From Bugula neritina (Eukaryota; Animalia; Bryozoa): a stretch of DNA of 64,000 nucleotides. Numbering within the stretch: the stretch's first letter is position 1; each line of letters opens with the position of its first letter. Where the stretch lies: the NCBI GenBank assembly GCA_964035545.1, contig OZ037765.1, positions 25,357,504 to 25,421,503 of the forward strand. Reading direction: 5' to 3'. The notes under the pieces are model-generated. The model did no database searches and was not told the origin of the DNA. It saw nothing but the letters and a program-made list of their open reading frames with translations. Positions 1 through 13,200 of this stretch are shown here, piece after piece. Both the position numbers and the translations under genes were made by a program.

Positions 1-204
1 AATGTTTTTTTGTGTCAAATAGGCGATTCCGTGTGATTCTCACAATCGTGAGGCCAGGCCTTTAAGCAATCAAATATGCACATTTTTTTCATTAAATGGC
101 AAATTTTGTTTTACAAAATTGCACTTCGTTACATTTTGCTCAATATAATGATTTTAACTTTTGCCTCAAAAAATATCTAAAACCCAGTCCAGTGTTGCAC
201 TTAC

Positions 205-2640
205 AATTTCGCTCATCATAGGAAAGAAAAGCATTGCATAGTGAAAGTTCTCTTTCCCAATCTGGCTTTGGAGTATGCGTCATTACATAACATCTGTGTT
301 CCCAACTACCGTATGATTTGGGATTATATTTGAGACATTCTTCCAGAAATGTCAACTCATCAGAGAACAGTGCAAGAAGTTCATCTGAGCTCCTGGAAAT
401 CCAACGTTTACATCAATTTTTATACAGATTAGACTGTTAAAAGCTATAATGAGCAAAAGAAATAACAGAGGCTAAACTTTACTCACACCTAAGTTAATTC
501 TTCCATTTATTTAATTTTTGCAACAGCAAGTTATAAATTTGGCATCAAGTTTAGCATTTTCTATTTATAGCCAATATTATAGTAGTTAAATCGATACAAT
601 ATTAGTACATTTTGCTAAGACATTTTGAGTATAATACTACAGTACAAAATTTTCATGGCAGAGTATCATAACTTACACAGATTTCTGTAAAAAATTAAAT
701 ATCTCTTTCCTGTAATTCCACAAGGTGTATACATCTGGATTTTTGGAAAGCACGCCACTGGTGAGTTTGAGGGCTTCCACATCATATTCCCCAGCAGCTC
801 TCTGTGTAACAACAAAATATAAATACAAAGACAAAACACTTGCGTCAACAAAGTATGAGCTGACTAAAAAACAATCATGATTTTGATGCACTAACCTTAG
901 CAAAGATTTTATCAGTAGCAGCTTGGTAAAGTTTTTGTTTTTTTAATCTCTCAATACGTTTGGCTTCTTCTTGCTCTTCTGTGGTCTTTACTTTTAATCT
1001 TCCATGCTAAAACCATAATTCTTTGTTTCTTTTTGTGTTGAAATAGTTTGATGCAGTGCATATTAATGCGCAAGTTGGCTGAGTAATTGAACATATAAGC
1101 AGGAAATTTGAATGTTGAAAACTTTTTCTTAGTGTGTTCTTCATAGAGAAAATTTGAGAATTGCCAAGTACCTAGTGTACTTCCATAAATATCAAATTTT
1201 CTATGATTAGTGTGCACAAGTTTTGAAATTTCAGCCTGCTGTGACATTCTCATTAAAAAGATATAAACTCACGCTAGTTTATAGTCACCATCCCCGTAAG
1301 AACCCCTGATGAAAAGGGTTTTTTGTTAAATCGAGCTAAGGACTTATTTCATATGTGGTACAGGAGCAATTATGACTGGATGCTCTTCCTAACGTCACCA
1401 ATGGCCTTTGTTTGGGTTCGAACCCATGACATTGTGCTTACTAGGCAATCACTCTAACCCCTAGATCATTCAAAAGATATAATTTAGTTAAATAGTATAA
1501 AGCTATGAATAGAAAAAACATGCTATGTCCAACATGATTGCTAAGTTTAATGAAACTGCATCATGGTTACAAGTTAATTTACTCTACTTACTTTTCTTGA
1601 CAAAAGACTTAAATAACACCCACAAAGGCTATTTAAAAGTTATCACCGTAATTTATGCTGCTGTAATGTGCCAGTTAAATAACATAAGCTTTTACCAAAG
1701 ACAATAATGCATCACAGACATTTATGCGGATTGTATGTATATTTTAAAAAGGCAAAATAAAATTGCTTCCATATAACTAAAAAAAACTACAAAACTAAAA
1801 ATAGATTAGATAAATTGAAAAAAAATCATTTTGTATGTTGCACAAAAACATCACTGCACAAAAATTAGTATAACAAATTTAAAGGAATTTAAAGTTGAAG
1901 AAATGTTACTTAACTATTTTTGTGAAATATTGAAATTAGCTTGCTCTCAGTACCCTAAATTTCAAAGTTAACATCATGATCATCAGTAGGTCATTCCATT
2001 ACCAAAGAAATTTTAGGCAGAATAAGGAGTTGAACAGATATTTGTAAATGATAAAAAATCATTTTCATTTATTTGTATAACTCATGTCAGAGTTGGTGGT
2101 TGAAGGTATAAGGTGCAAAATTTAGTGTTGCATTGTTACAGACAAATAAGCATCTAACAGTAACTTATAACATATAGTTATACACATTATCATTTATTGA
2201 TCAATTTCAAAATCGTAATGCATATGAACTCAACTGCTCTGAAATCCTTGATGAAACAAAATTAAATTATTAATCTAAGCCGAATCAATAAAAAATATTC
2301 CTATTCACATTGACTGAATTGACAGACACTTCTCACTCTAACGCCAAATGTTAATAAGGTATTGATAATATTTTTTTGAATGATAAAATTAAAAGTAGTG
2401 AGTCTCAAACTCAAAGTTAACTAAAACTTAAACTGAGTATGGCTACACTTTATCTTACTTGAAGTTAAGGCTAATGAATAACTCTAACTGTAAAGCAAAG
2501 CGTTATTCAGTAATCACTATCAGTAATTATTAAAACTAAATGTAATGTCAAGACTACGGCCAAATGGCAATGGGGCTGGGCAACTGCAACGGCAATGTGA
2601 AACTGAATGTCGATGTTGCCTAAAGTTTATTACTTACCAT
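205..2640 (-). CDS. RABGGTA: Rab geranylgeranyltransferase type II alpha subunit, 5' part (continues beyond left edge)
   Basis: Spliced exons 2638-2640 (ATG|gtaagta), 896-1006 (HGRLKVKTTEEQEEAKRIERLKKQKLYQAATDKIFAK), 677-801 (RAAGEYDVEALKLTSGVLSKNPDVYTLWNYRKE) and 205-392 (ELTFLEECLKYNPKSYGSWEHR...WERELSLCNAFLSYDERN). Phases are consistent. The MHGRLKVKT N-terminus and PPTA repeats (NPKSYxxWxHR) are diagnostic. The ATG-only exon is inferred. Confidence 0.95.
1279..1470 (-). mobile_element. tRNA-derived SINE in RABGGTA intron
   Basis: The minus strand starts with an A-box-like TGATCTAGGGG and a B box GGTTCGAACCC (1414-1425), followed by a GC-richer body containing GGTGACGTTAGGAAGAGCATCC, which resembles internal domains of invertebrate SINEs. 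No complete cloverleaf. Boundaries are approximate. Confidence 0.7.
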
Positions 2641-4271
2641 TATAATATTCAACTTTCAAAATCAATTGCAATAGCACTCTAGTGAGCAGATATGAATAAA
2701 ATAATTTTAAACAAGCTCAAACACAGCCTGTTGAAATTTGCAGCAGAATAACTATAAGCTCTTGGAGTTGGATACTTTTAAGGAATGATTACAAAAGGAC
2801 ATCCCCGGAAGCAAAATATATTGAGTCAAACTTGAAAATCTGTCATGTGATAGAAATGTGGAGATTACTCCCAAGAGCAACACATTCACGCCCTTGTATT
2901 TGGAGTCATTGTCATGCTTGTAACTACATTGCCAAAAGGCACATGCCAATTAATTGCTGCAGTCTTTCAAAATATATATACTGTTATGGCAATAGTAGCA
3001 TTTTATAGTGCATACCATAAGTATAAGCTCAATTACGAAAATAAAAAAATACCACTTATTACTAATATTGAGTGGACTACCAACATTGAGGGGACCAATT
3101 CTGTAAAAATATTTTAGGAGTTCTATTAAAAGATAAATTCGTCTTTGTCAGCATTCGACTCCTTAGTTTTTTACTCAGATATCTACAATCTTTCTGAGGG
3201 TGGCTACTATACAGTTTCTTAGAACTTTACTTACAGCTAGAGCTGTAAATATTTCAACACAATGGAGGAAGCAATGAACACCATAATATCTATACCAGTA
3301 GAATGTTACTACATTCACAATAGCTCATGTGTTTTCTAAAGGTAGTCACTAGTTCTAAACTCTAAAGGAACTGGTTTCTAGGTCATCTCTCAAACTAAGT
3401 CATTTTCAAAGACTAGTTCCTTGCATGACAAAAGCCATTGAGAGTAAGTTGAATGTAACGGAAATTATGATATAGTTTATAATGTAACTCAGTACAGACT
3501 TACACCCTATAGAGAATAGGGTGCAATCAATGTAGTTCTTTACCACAATCCTAACCATAGCACACATTGAACAATTAAATTATTCACAACCACAAGATTG
3601 GATTGTCACCAATAGTTTATTCTAAAACTAAATCTAAAAATTGCCACAACATAGGTTTGCCATTACCAGTTGATACTAGCTAAATATTATAATGCATGTT
3701 CTAGCTTAGTTAAAACGTCATGTAATATTATGCTTAACTTGAGAAGACATGAAAATATTTAAAATAAGCTAATTTTTCACATTTTAAAATCTAATCGTTT
3801 GTCTTACAAGAATGTGCGTTTATGAAAATATGGTTTACAGAGAACGCTCACTGTTGGCCATGAGGTAATCAGAAATACAAACATATACAAAATTATTAGG
3901 TCCGTAGGCATTGTAATACAAATCAGTACCTCTTCTAAAATTATAAGATGCATAGTTTTTAAGCAAGCCATTTTAACTTATGATAAAATTGCAGAACTGA
4001 TGAGACATAAAATATATGACTAAATTGTGCTGTAATTTACAAATGTTTTTGGAAGAGGGGATAAAACCTAAAGAAAAACGTTTTAATATAGATTATTTAA
4101 GCCTAATAAAATAAAAAATCACAACAGCCCTTATTGTCTAGCAACTGGCCAGATGATAATAAACTACTAAAGCTATGAAATGATTGGTTATTGTTCAAGA
4201 ATGGCTTTTACCACTAGGCAGCTCATTTTCTTCTTATTTTGGTAAACAAATATCATAGGAAATTAGGAAGT

Positions 4272-7200
4272 TCAGCTGCTGAGAAGTGCTTGCCTAGCCC
4301 CGGTTCTTCTTCTGTTTAGATTCAAAGGGATCAACCACAAGATTGGGTGAACTGTAAATTAGATTATTGAAAATTTCAAAAGCAAATTACCAGCAATGAA
4401 CTCTTTAAAAGTTGACACTATCAAAAAGTTGTGAGAAAGCTAAACTTTCCAAGAAATCAACAGCATATTATTATCATTTTAAAGTTGAAGAGATTAGCAA
4501 ATATTAATCTCCCAAGTCTTTATATTACAAAAACCAAACATGACAGCTCAAAACCTAAAGAGCATGTAATACTAATCAATCATATCATGGTGCTAGTATG
4601 TAATAATGATAATCATTTGTTTGTTATTGACAGCAAGTAAGTTCTTTGAACCGCTATATTATTCTAGGATCTATGAATGGAACAGCATCTAGAATCTAGA
4701 TGCTGTTCCATTCATAGTAGTTTGTCTGAGCATAAATCTGAGCTGCACTGTCGTTACACTCAGCAATTGACATTGAAGGACACTATCACATTGCTTGGCA
4801 GCAAATTTTAGCATAATCTGTTCTAGTCAACATTAGCTGAATGAAACAAGCAAATATCTTCTACCTGCTGGCTGTTTGGCATATCAGAGAGATATGCCAT
4901 TTGAAACTGAACTAAAATAAATCACAAATACAAATCAGTAATGTAGAATAGCTGGTTGTACAACATAAACAATAATAATTTCTGTTTTTAGCAGGCCAGC
5001 CATTATCATGCACTTACTATCTCCAAATACTTCGTAACATATTTCTTTTACAGACATGGCCATAATATTACTTTCCCCTTTCATCCGTTCCTGATCTTCC
5101 TTTTGTATTCTGATAGCTGAAAACTGTAACATAAAAACATTAAAAAAATTTTCTTTTGACATATATCATTTGTAAACCAGATAAAATGCCCACATATAAG
5201 AATAACATGAAATGCACAAATACATAGAATAAACTAGATTTACATTACACTAATATATACCATGTTGTACCTGGTCATAGCCTATAGCCACTGCAAATAT
5301 GCTGAACAGGATTAGCATGGCGCTCAAGATAGCAGTATGCATCCTACAACAAAGTATATGAAACTTCAATTTAGCAGGCAAAACAACTGGGATTTTGCAA
5401 CAAAAAATATATATAAATGGCATGTATTCACAGCAAGTTTGAAGAATAAAAAATTAAGCATTTCAAATTTGAGTAACAAAATCAGAATTATACAAATGAA
5501 ATACTGCTACAACTTTATTTTGGTAGAAACTTTGAAGTATAAGTGGTAGAAATTAGGGAGTGATTAAGTGTTACTAGAGTGTTACTAGAGTGTTACTAGA
5601 GTAAGTGTTACTAGAGCAAGTGTTACTAGAGCAAGTGTTACTAGAGTAAGTGTTACTAGAGTAAGTGTTACTAGAGCAAGTGTTACTAGAGTAAGTGTTA
5701 CTAGAGTGTTACTAGAGTAAGTGTTACTAGAGCAAGTGTTACTAGAGCAAGTGTTACTAGAGTAAGTGTTACTAGAGCAAGTGTTACTAGAGTAAGTGTT
5801 ACTAGAGTAAGTGTTACTAGAGTAAGTCTTACTTACGTTTTGGTGTCAACAACAACAGAGCTGAGATTAGGAGGGTGAATCAACCAATATGTGATGATCA
5901 TAGTCGCACAGTAAATGGAAGCCAGCACTAAAGTGAAAATCAAAATGTGAAGTGAGTATGCATGTTATACTAAGTTAAACAGGGACCTAAACAGTTTACT
6001 AAAGGGGTTAAAATAGCAAAAACTCTAATTTTCATTGCATGAAATATATAACACATCTGAGTAGTAAGAAAGGTTGAAACTAAGAACAAACCCGTAGGAA
6101 AGTTAGCCAAATTTATGTATGTTGGGGTTTTAAATGTTGGTAATGAATAGCAAGTAAGATATAAATAGAACTGAGCCTTTTGAAGCATAATTAACGTAAA
6201 AGCCTGGCACAAAACCTAAACAACTAAATAGAATAATAAGATGCACTTTGCTTAGTCAAGAAGTACAACAATAAAATTAATTATTTGATTTATTAAACAT
6301 GGCTACCTGCATCTCTAAAAACTATCAGTAAAAGTGGCTTATTTCAGTTTACAATATACTAAAAAGGTTGATGTCAATTAATTAGACAAATACTCACCGT
6401 GACTGAACAACTTACCGACATAAAATAGAAACATCAACAAGTATTTCAAGTTGAGTTCTCCAATGCAGTTATTAATCCTAAAAAATAACAACAGAAATCT
6501 AATTTTTCATCATAACAAAATTCGAAGAGGTACCATGGGCAAAGTCAAATTCAAAATGATTAGAGGATCATTAGCATCTAAATGTGAACACCAACCAAGG
6601 GCAATGGTGGTCCATTTTCTTAATGCATCGTCCACAAATTCTGCAGTGGTGCGCTCCTGGTGGTTTCACTGCTTCACATTTCGAACACACAGTCCAGCCA
6701 TTGATATTTTCCTTTGAACAGACGTACATAAAATATTATGGGACTTTGGAATAGAATCAGTAAATTAAAGACATTCTATCTATATTTTAAAGACCAACAG
6801 ATAACAACTATTTAATGATGTAATCAGTTACCTGCTGACTATACTTTTCCGACTTGATTAAATTATAATCGGCCTGTTTATTGGGTAATGTTGATACAAT
6901 CCCGGGGTCACAGGTCATGGCTCGGACATGAGATAATACCATAAGTAATAGAATGAAGTTGAAGCCCATTATGTTCATCACTCCCCACACACTACAATAA
7001 AAATAGAAGTTTTTAATACTCAAAGATCTGTTTGAATACATTAAAATTATAAAGGCTTCAAGTTTGGGATTAAATTGAACTAGTTTAATTTTCGATTTTT
7101 GCTATAGATATTCCATGAGACACAATTAAAATTTTCACAAGAAAGCAATTCTAATTCAACAGAGGCACTTATTTATTAACCAACTGCACTAGGCTGGTTG

Positions 7201-8382
7201 TTTAAATCCCACAAAGATCGGCAGTGGCATAAAAAACATTAAATCAAAATTTCTTTTGCCTAGAAGTTCTATTGCCAGTATGGCTTAAGTTGATGCCCAT
7301 TCCATAAAATCTAACACTACTTTCCAATAGGGATTTACCTTGCAAGCAATATCTTGCCCTATTATCCTACACTGAAAAATCCTGTATAACATAACATAAT
7401 ATTTTATGGTTGCTGTAACTAGTGTGACATTTTTATAATTATGGTGGTCATTTTAATATTACTCAGTAATTCTAATAGATCGAGTAAACTTAAATCACAA
7501 TTATAGTTTTGGTTGCAATCTAGTACTTTTTATATTATAAAAAAACTTGGAATCTACTTATACTTTGCATAAGTAAAAGTAGATCCGACAAATTAATTGT
7601 AGTTCACCTAAATGTATCAGGTAAAGTTACATAAAAATGTTTAGCTGATGTTTTCTTACTATACAGTAAAATATAATTTTTACAGTATATAAAACATTAT
7701 TTTGATCAAAATACAAAAATGTTATATAGGGTTTAACAACGCAAAAAAGTTTTGTGATAGAAGACTTTTCAACTTGATTAGGACATAATTTTATTTGGCT
7801 TTTAAATGACTTGATTGAGCATTGAAATTGATTTGACCTGAATTGATTGAGACACTGACCAACTTTAGAATTGCAACTCGAAATTTTTATAACTACATGA
7901 AATATAAAACAAGTAAAACTGCTAGCAAGTAGCATAGCCAAAAATATTTTAGAATTTAAATAGGTTAATCTAAAATAATATTATATAAAAAAGTATTCTC
8001 TAACGCCCATTAGTAGGCTAGTAAGTAGGTTCATCAGTAATAAGTAATAACAATAACTACTACTACTACTAGTAGTAGTAGTACTACTACTAGTAGTAGT
8101 ACTACTAATACTGATAGTGATACAAACTTAAATTTATTATGATTATAGTTATTTGGAATTTAATGAGTCAATGACCCTTTGAAATAATGATAATAATTGT
8201 AATCTATAGCTAATACTGATACAACTGGTACTACATAATAGCAATAATACAAGAAAAAAAACTTACCTATAGGACATTGAACCTCCAATCATGTGAACAG
8301 TTACTGCATAATCTGTGTAGCAAATAGATGTGTACGTAATAAGTACACAAAACAATCCAAACATATCAGTACGAAACACCAT
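4272..8382 (-). CDS. DHHC palmitoyltransferase, ZDHHC3/ZDHHC7-like (~267 aa, 8 exons)
   Basis: Exons 8267-8382 ([17 protein letters not shown]..), 6832-6991 (..[11 protein letters not shown]..), 6596-6711 ([31 protein letters not shown]), 6416-6477 ([19 protein letters not shown]), 5837-5927, 5271-5343, 5018-5123 (..EVFGD) and 4272-4351 (..LWLIP..TGA). DPG, DHHC-CRD and PaCCT-like motifs are present. Total 804 nt, in frame. Confidence 0.93.
4671..4717. repeat. Perfect 23-bp inverted repeat with 1-nt spacer
   Basis: CTATGAATGGAACAGCATCTAGA-A-TCTAGATGCTGTTCCATTCATAG in the last ZDHHC intron. Confidence 0.95.
5565..5828. repeat. Minisatellite, 15-bp unit G(T/C)AAGTGTTACTAGA with 11-bp variant GTGTTACTAGA
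   Basis: Directly visible tandem array starting about 8 bp from the ZDHHC exon-5 donor. Confidence 0.97.
8056..8107. repeat. Alternating (TAC)n/(GTA)n self-complementary microsatellite
   Basis: actactactactactagtagtagtagtactactactagtagtagtactacta in ZDHHC intron 1. Confidence 0.9.
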
Positions 8383-10002
8383 TTTGAATTAAACTTCCGA
8401 GTAGTAGTACAAGTACCACTTGAAGTTGAATTTAAACCAGAGGCAGAACTACAACTTAAACTTCAAAAATTTTGATACAGAATCAGAATGAGAATTTAAA
8501 TGGGGTCAACAAAATCAAATGAATCACCATTTAATTTTTGCAAATTAATTTTCAATCAAATTCTACACAATTTTCAAATGTATTATGGTGTGTTGTACTT
8601 GTAGTTAGTCAGCACGACTTTGTCTATGTTTACGAAAGACAATCAACTGCGTCAGGTTTGTTATTTATTACATCCATGTTGGATTTAGATATGTTGGTTG
8701 GTATACTGGCTCTGGAATCCTTTACGAAACACGTTATATATCTACGGGAAAGGTAACTTCCTATGTCCTAAAACATAATTTATTCATCGCCATTCGTATG
8801 TGCTGGTGTTGTAGTTTTGGGCAATAAACTACTAAGTTGTGGGCTATGCGGGTGTAACAAAGCTAGAACATAACTCTTTGTGTGTTTAAGAGAGAGAACT
8901 GGAATTGCAATCCTTGAGAGAATAGCTATATTTATAACACTTAGCAATTACAATTACATCAAGATAAAAGCCAATGATATTAATAGAAACTATATACTAG
9001 TAGTAGTCACAATAGCCAAATGTGTCTGGGCTCTCGGGATGTCTTGCTTATAAAGGAGAGCTTGGTGTCAATCGGCATGAGCCTGGATGGGCAGTTGTGG
9101 CATCCCAGAGTGCCACCGCTACATTTTACAGAGTGCTGCACTGGCATAATGGAATGCCATAATATAGTTTGTCCCTAATACTAGCGCATAGACGAGGTTC
9201 AAAGTATGATGTGGGTAGAGGGGTAGCATAACATGTCCCACAGCCATTACACTAGTATAAAAATTTTTTAGCACACACAGCTTAACAAGTGTTACATTTA
9301 TTGCAATATAATATATGGAAAACCTTGAAATCACTAAAGACCTCTAATGCTACCACACAGCCATTTAACTTCAAATTTGAGCCTATATAGGAGTGTTATC
9401 CTGTACATACTGCAGCCTCAAATGTGCATCCTAGACAAATGAACAAAATATTATATACATGAGCGCTTTTTTAATTTATTTAAAATTTTAATTGCATGTA
9501 TTGTGCATATACCTATTTGATAGAATATTTTAAAATTATGAGCATTTCCTAAATAATGTATCAGTGTGTAGAGGTTAGTTCTATATGTTGTGAGGAACCA
9601 ATGCTACAATATTATGTTGTAATTATGACAAAATCACTTTCAAGTTACTTATTTTTGTTTATGTACTAAGCATACTAGCCAGGTCCTGCTTAGTTATCGC
9701 ATCAATTATAAACATGAAACTTTCTGTAATAATTTAAATGTCAAATCATAAAAGTCATGCATTTGTTTACTCCACTTACTTTTACATGCTGTATAGCAAT
9801 TTGGGTTCCTGGCATTTAATTAAGAATTCTACGTGTAACGCTAAAATTTGTATCTAGGCTACAGATTAATTTTCCTAACGTATTAAAAATCATTTAATTT
9901 ATTGCAGTAGTTGATTTACATTGTGTGCAATATTACAATGTTATATGGAATGGTGCTTTATTGACTATTTGGAGTTATTTTATCCAAGCTATTTAGGATG
10001 TT

Positions 10003-10090
10003 GCGGTTTCGTAGTGACCGTTCAACATGCGCGAACGCCTGACGCTTCAATATAAAATCAGTAGGAAATTAAATACTCAATACTTCCTAT
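10003..10090 (+). promoter_or_regulatory. Putative promoter of Knk-like gene 1
   Basis: CpG-enriched patch (10003-10045) followed by TATAAAA at 10051-10057, about 150 bp upstream of the ATG at 10204. Confidence 0.4.
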
Positions 10091-10203
10091 GCTAGAAGAG
10101 CGATTGTAAGCTTGGAACTGTTAAGGTCCTCATAACACTTCACAGTGTTCGAAGAAGTTGGTGTAACAAAATCAATGTGAATATTTGGAAAATCACCAGC
10201 AAT

Positions 10204-13200
10204 ATGCCGTTAAAACCAGGAAAACCTTGTTTTGACTCCACAACACGTCGAATTCTAAGCCTTTTCACTGTTCTACTAGTATTACCTTTCGGTAAGTTAA
10301 AGTTTAGGCTTTTACTTTTACTTTTAGTTTTACCTCAAGTCTAACTTCAAGAAAAAAAACTGTTGTACAATTATATTTAATTGATGAATTATTTAACTCA
10401 TTGAAGTCATTGATGAGTTAAAATATAATAAGTTAAATTGCTAATGCAGTAATGGCAATGTTATTGTCTTACTCTTTGTAAAACTAAAAGTAGAAGAAAA
10501 TCACTTTTAGTTTTACTTTTACTTTTAGTAAAACTAAATCAGTAAATCACTAAATGGAGTCATAATGATAATGATTAACCAATAATGCGAAGGTTAGTGG
10601 CAATGGTAGTATTAGTAGTATTAGTTTTATAATTTAAGTTATTTATATTTATAATTTAGATTGTTATTAATGGCAATTGGCAATGTTCATACTGATATTG
10701 TGATTAGAAGATTTAGATCAACTTGGATGTTAAGTCAAATTATGATGATCATAATGATGATAATCTTTTTAATTTTAACCCATCTTTAAGCTAATGATAT
10801 TTTCATTAGAGACATGTTGTTTACTAATAATGCTGTTATCTTCACATCCTAAACTCAGCAACGATTGCGGACACTTATGACTTATGGACTAATTGTCTTA
10901 AACTTGCAAAAGCTGCCATGTCAATTAATAGTAATACTCATACATGTATTATAGTCATAGTGTACTAGTATGTTTAATATAGTCATGCTGATAGTGATAA
11001 CTCTTGCAAATATTTGCTTTTCTTGTTCTTACTAAGTTTCATTCGATACTATTGTTAGGACTAGTATTCTATAAAACAAGAGTTAGGTTTGCTGGCAAGT
11101 GTCAAAGCCCTAACTTTTTGCATACATATATGCCAATTTAGCTTATAGTAGCATTATTGTAATTTTTCAATTCATTGATTAGGCTTTGAGTTATTCACTA
11201 AATGCTGAGGTAAATTTTAGCCTATTTCATCACTAACTTTTCTCTGATACTGCTGTAGATAATATAGCCAAAGCTATGTTATTGTAAGACTTACATTATT
11301 CTCATTTTTTTGTAATTGTGGCTACCATGTGCATCACCTTTATAAATATTTTCTAATCAATCATGTTTTAGTTGGATAGAGTCCAAAAGTCAACAAAAGT
11401 CAACAAATATTATATGGACCAGTTAATTAGTTTACTGTAGTTTGGTCTGGTAGTGCATTGTTAATGTAGTAATTTAAACCCCTACTAATAACATAAAAAG
11501 TTGTCCGTTATAAGCTTTTAATGCATTTTTCTTTGTCTGTCCAACAAAATTGTCTAATGAATTGTTGAGCTAAGGATTTTAACCTTACCTGATATTTCAC
11601 TGCCATGGCACTAATATAATAATTAATACATCATAAAATCACTAATGTTTTCTTCAAAATAAATTATAACTTATAACCTTGATTTTAATTTTGTCATAGG
11701 TGCACAAGCTGAGTTCCCTTATTATGGAAAACTCATTCAAAATGGATTTGGTGCAAATCCTACCCACGGGCTGGCTGGGAGTATATATGCTGTAGATGCA
11801 AACTCCTTCCAAGTTACTGGCTTCACATTTGACGCTATTGGAGGAGGTTAGTATGTAATTTGCAGCTACTCTAAACATTTGTCATAACGTCATTATACTT
11901 GGCGTAATGTATGTCATACTTGGAGAAAAACTCATGTTTATATTGTAAGAAGGTGCAGTTGTATGATAATTTACTTAATCATGTATAGTAGTAGCCTATA
12001 TATAGTTTGCTGCATTGTCTCAACAATTCTTAGTATCATGTGACAAGTATTGAAACATCTGTAGAGTGAAGTAGAGAGTTATTTAGTAGTTATTAAGAGT
12101 ATGTTATTTGATTGTATATATATATATATATATATATATACTTATTCCTTCCCTTACTTAGTTTATTCATATTTCCCCATTTATTTATATGTTGTTCAAA
12201 GTATAAAAATACTAAGAAACTTTCTAAATATCCCCTTCAATGTCCCATCGCTTAAATTAGCGTTGTAGTAGCATTATTATTACATCTTATCTACCTTACG
12301 CCAGTGTGCCCTTACTGTAATTTCACCTTGGTAACTTGGCATAGTTTCTAAACATGTAGCACTATTCCAAAAACCTCTGCTGTAACAATAAGTGGTAGAG
12401 CAGCTACATATTTTGACTTGGTATATTTTGTTATAAAATGACTCAACAGTATTGCTTTTAGTTTTAAAAGAGAAACTTTTGGCCTATAAGGGCGATGAAA
12501 TAGTTTTTACTATATTATTCGAGCATCCAAAATATTAGCTTACTAAGTTTTCTATACTTCACTGGGTCTTTTTAGTGTAATGCATGCACTGCACAGTTGT
12601 TAGTTTATTATGAACTTTTATTCATGAGTTCCATCAAAATGCAATTTTTTAGACTGGGCAGTTATCATCAGTGTGCACTGCTCTGTAACAGTACACACAA
12701 GTATGCTTGAAACTATATATAGCCTATTTATCAATGGAACTACCTTCTTATGGTTAGCTTAGTCATCATTACCTCGCTAGAATTTTATTATAGACCATAG
12801 TTCCGTTGTATTTCCTTGTTACAACCTTATGTAGAATGACATTGCATTTTTAAAGAATGTTGAGTATAATATACACTGATTATTCACAATACTCTATTAT
12901 GTATTGAGAATTACTGTTATTGACTCATTTGGCCAGTGCAGTCATGTATCAGTAATATGTGAAACCTAAGCTACAGTTACTACTCGAGTTCACTTTAAAA
13001 TCAATACTAATTTTTTGCAGACTCGGCTTTTATATTGGGAGTTGATAAAGATTACGCTACTGCTTCTGGGAGTGGAGCAGATAGTACAGCCGTGGCCATT
13101 TCCAATCCCCTTGGACAGTCGTAAGCATTGATTTGTGTGCACTGGGCGGTTCACTGTCCATTGTTATCTAGATGATTACTTTATATTTCTATTATGCTTC

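Noticed and set aside
951-1253. 100-aa minus-strand ORF as a separate gene
   Set aside because: It is an off-frame overlap of the real RABGGTA exon 896-1006 plus intron sequence.
1296-1335. Hammerhead ribozyme (CTGATGA core)
   Set aside because: No stem II followed by GAAA or stem III could be built, and the motif is antisense to the SINE.
205-8382. RABGGTA plus ZDHHC as a lipidation operon
   Set aside because: Each gene has its own promoter-like 5' region and there is no evidence of polycistronic transcription or trans-splicing; adjacency is probably chance.
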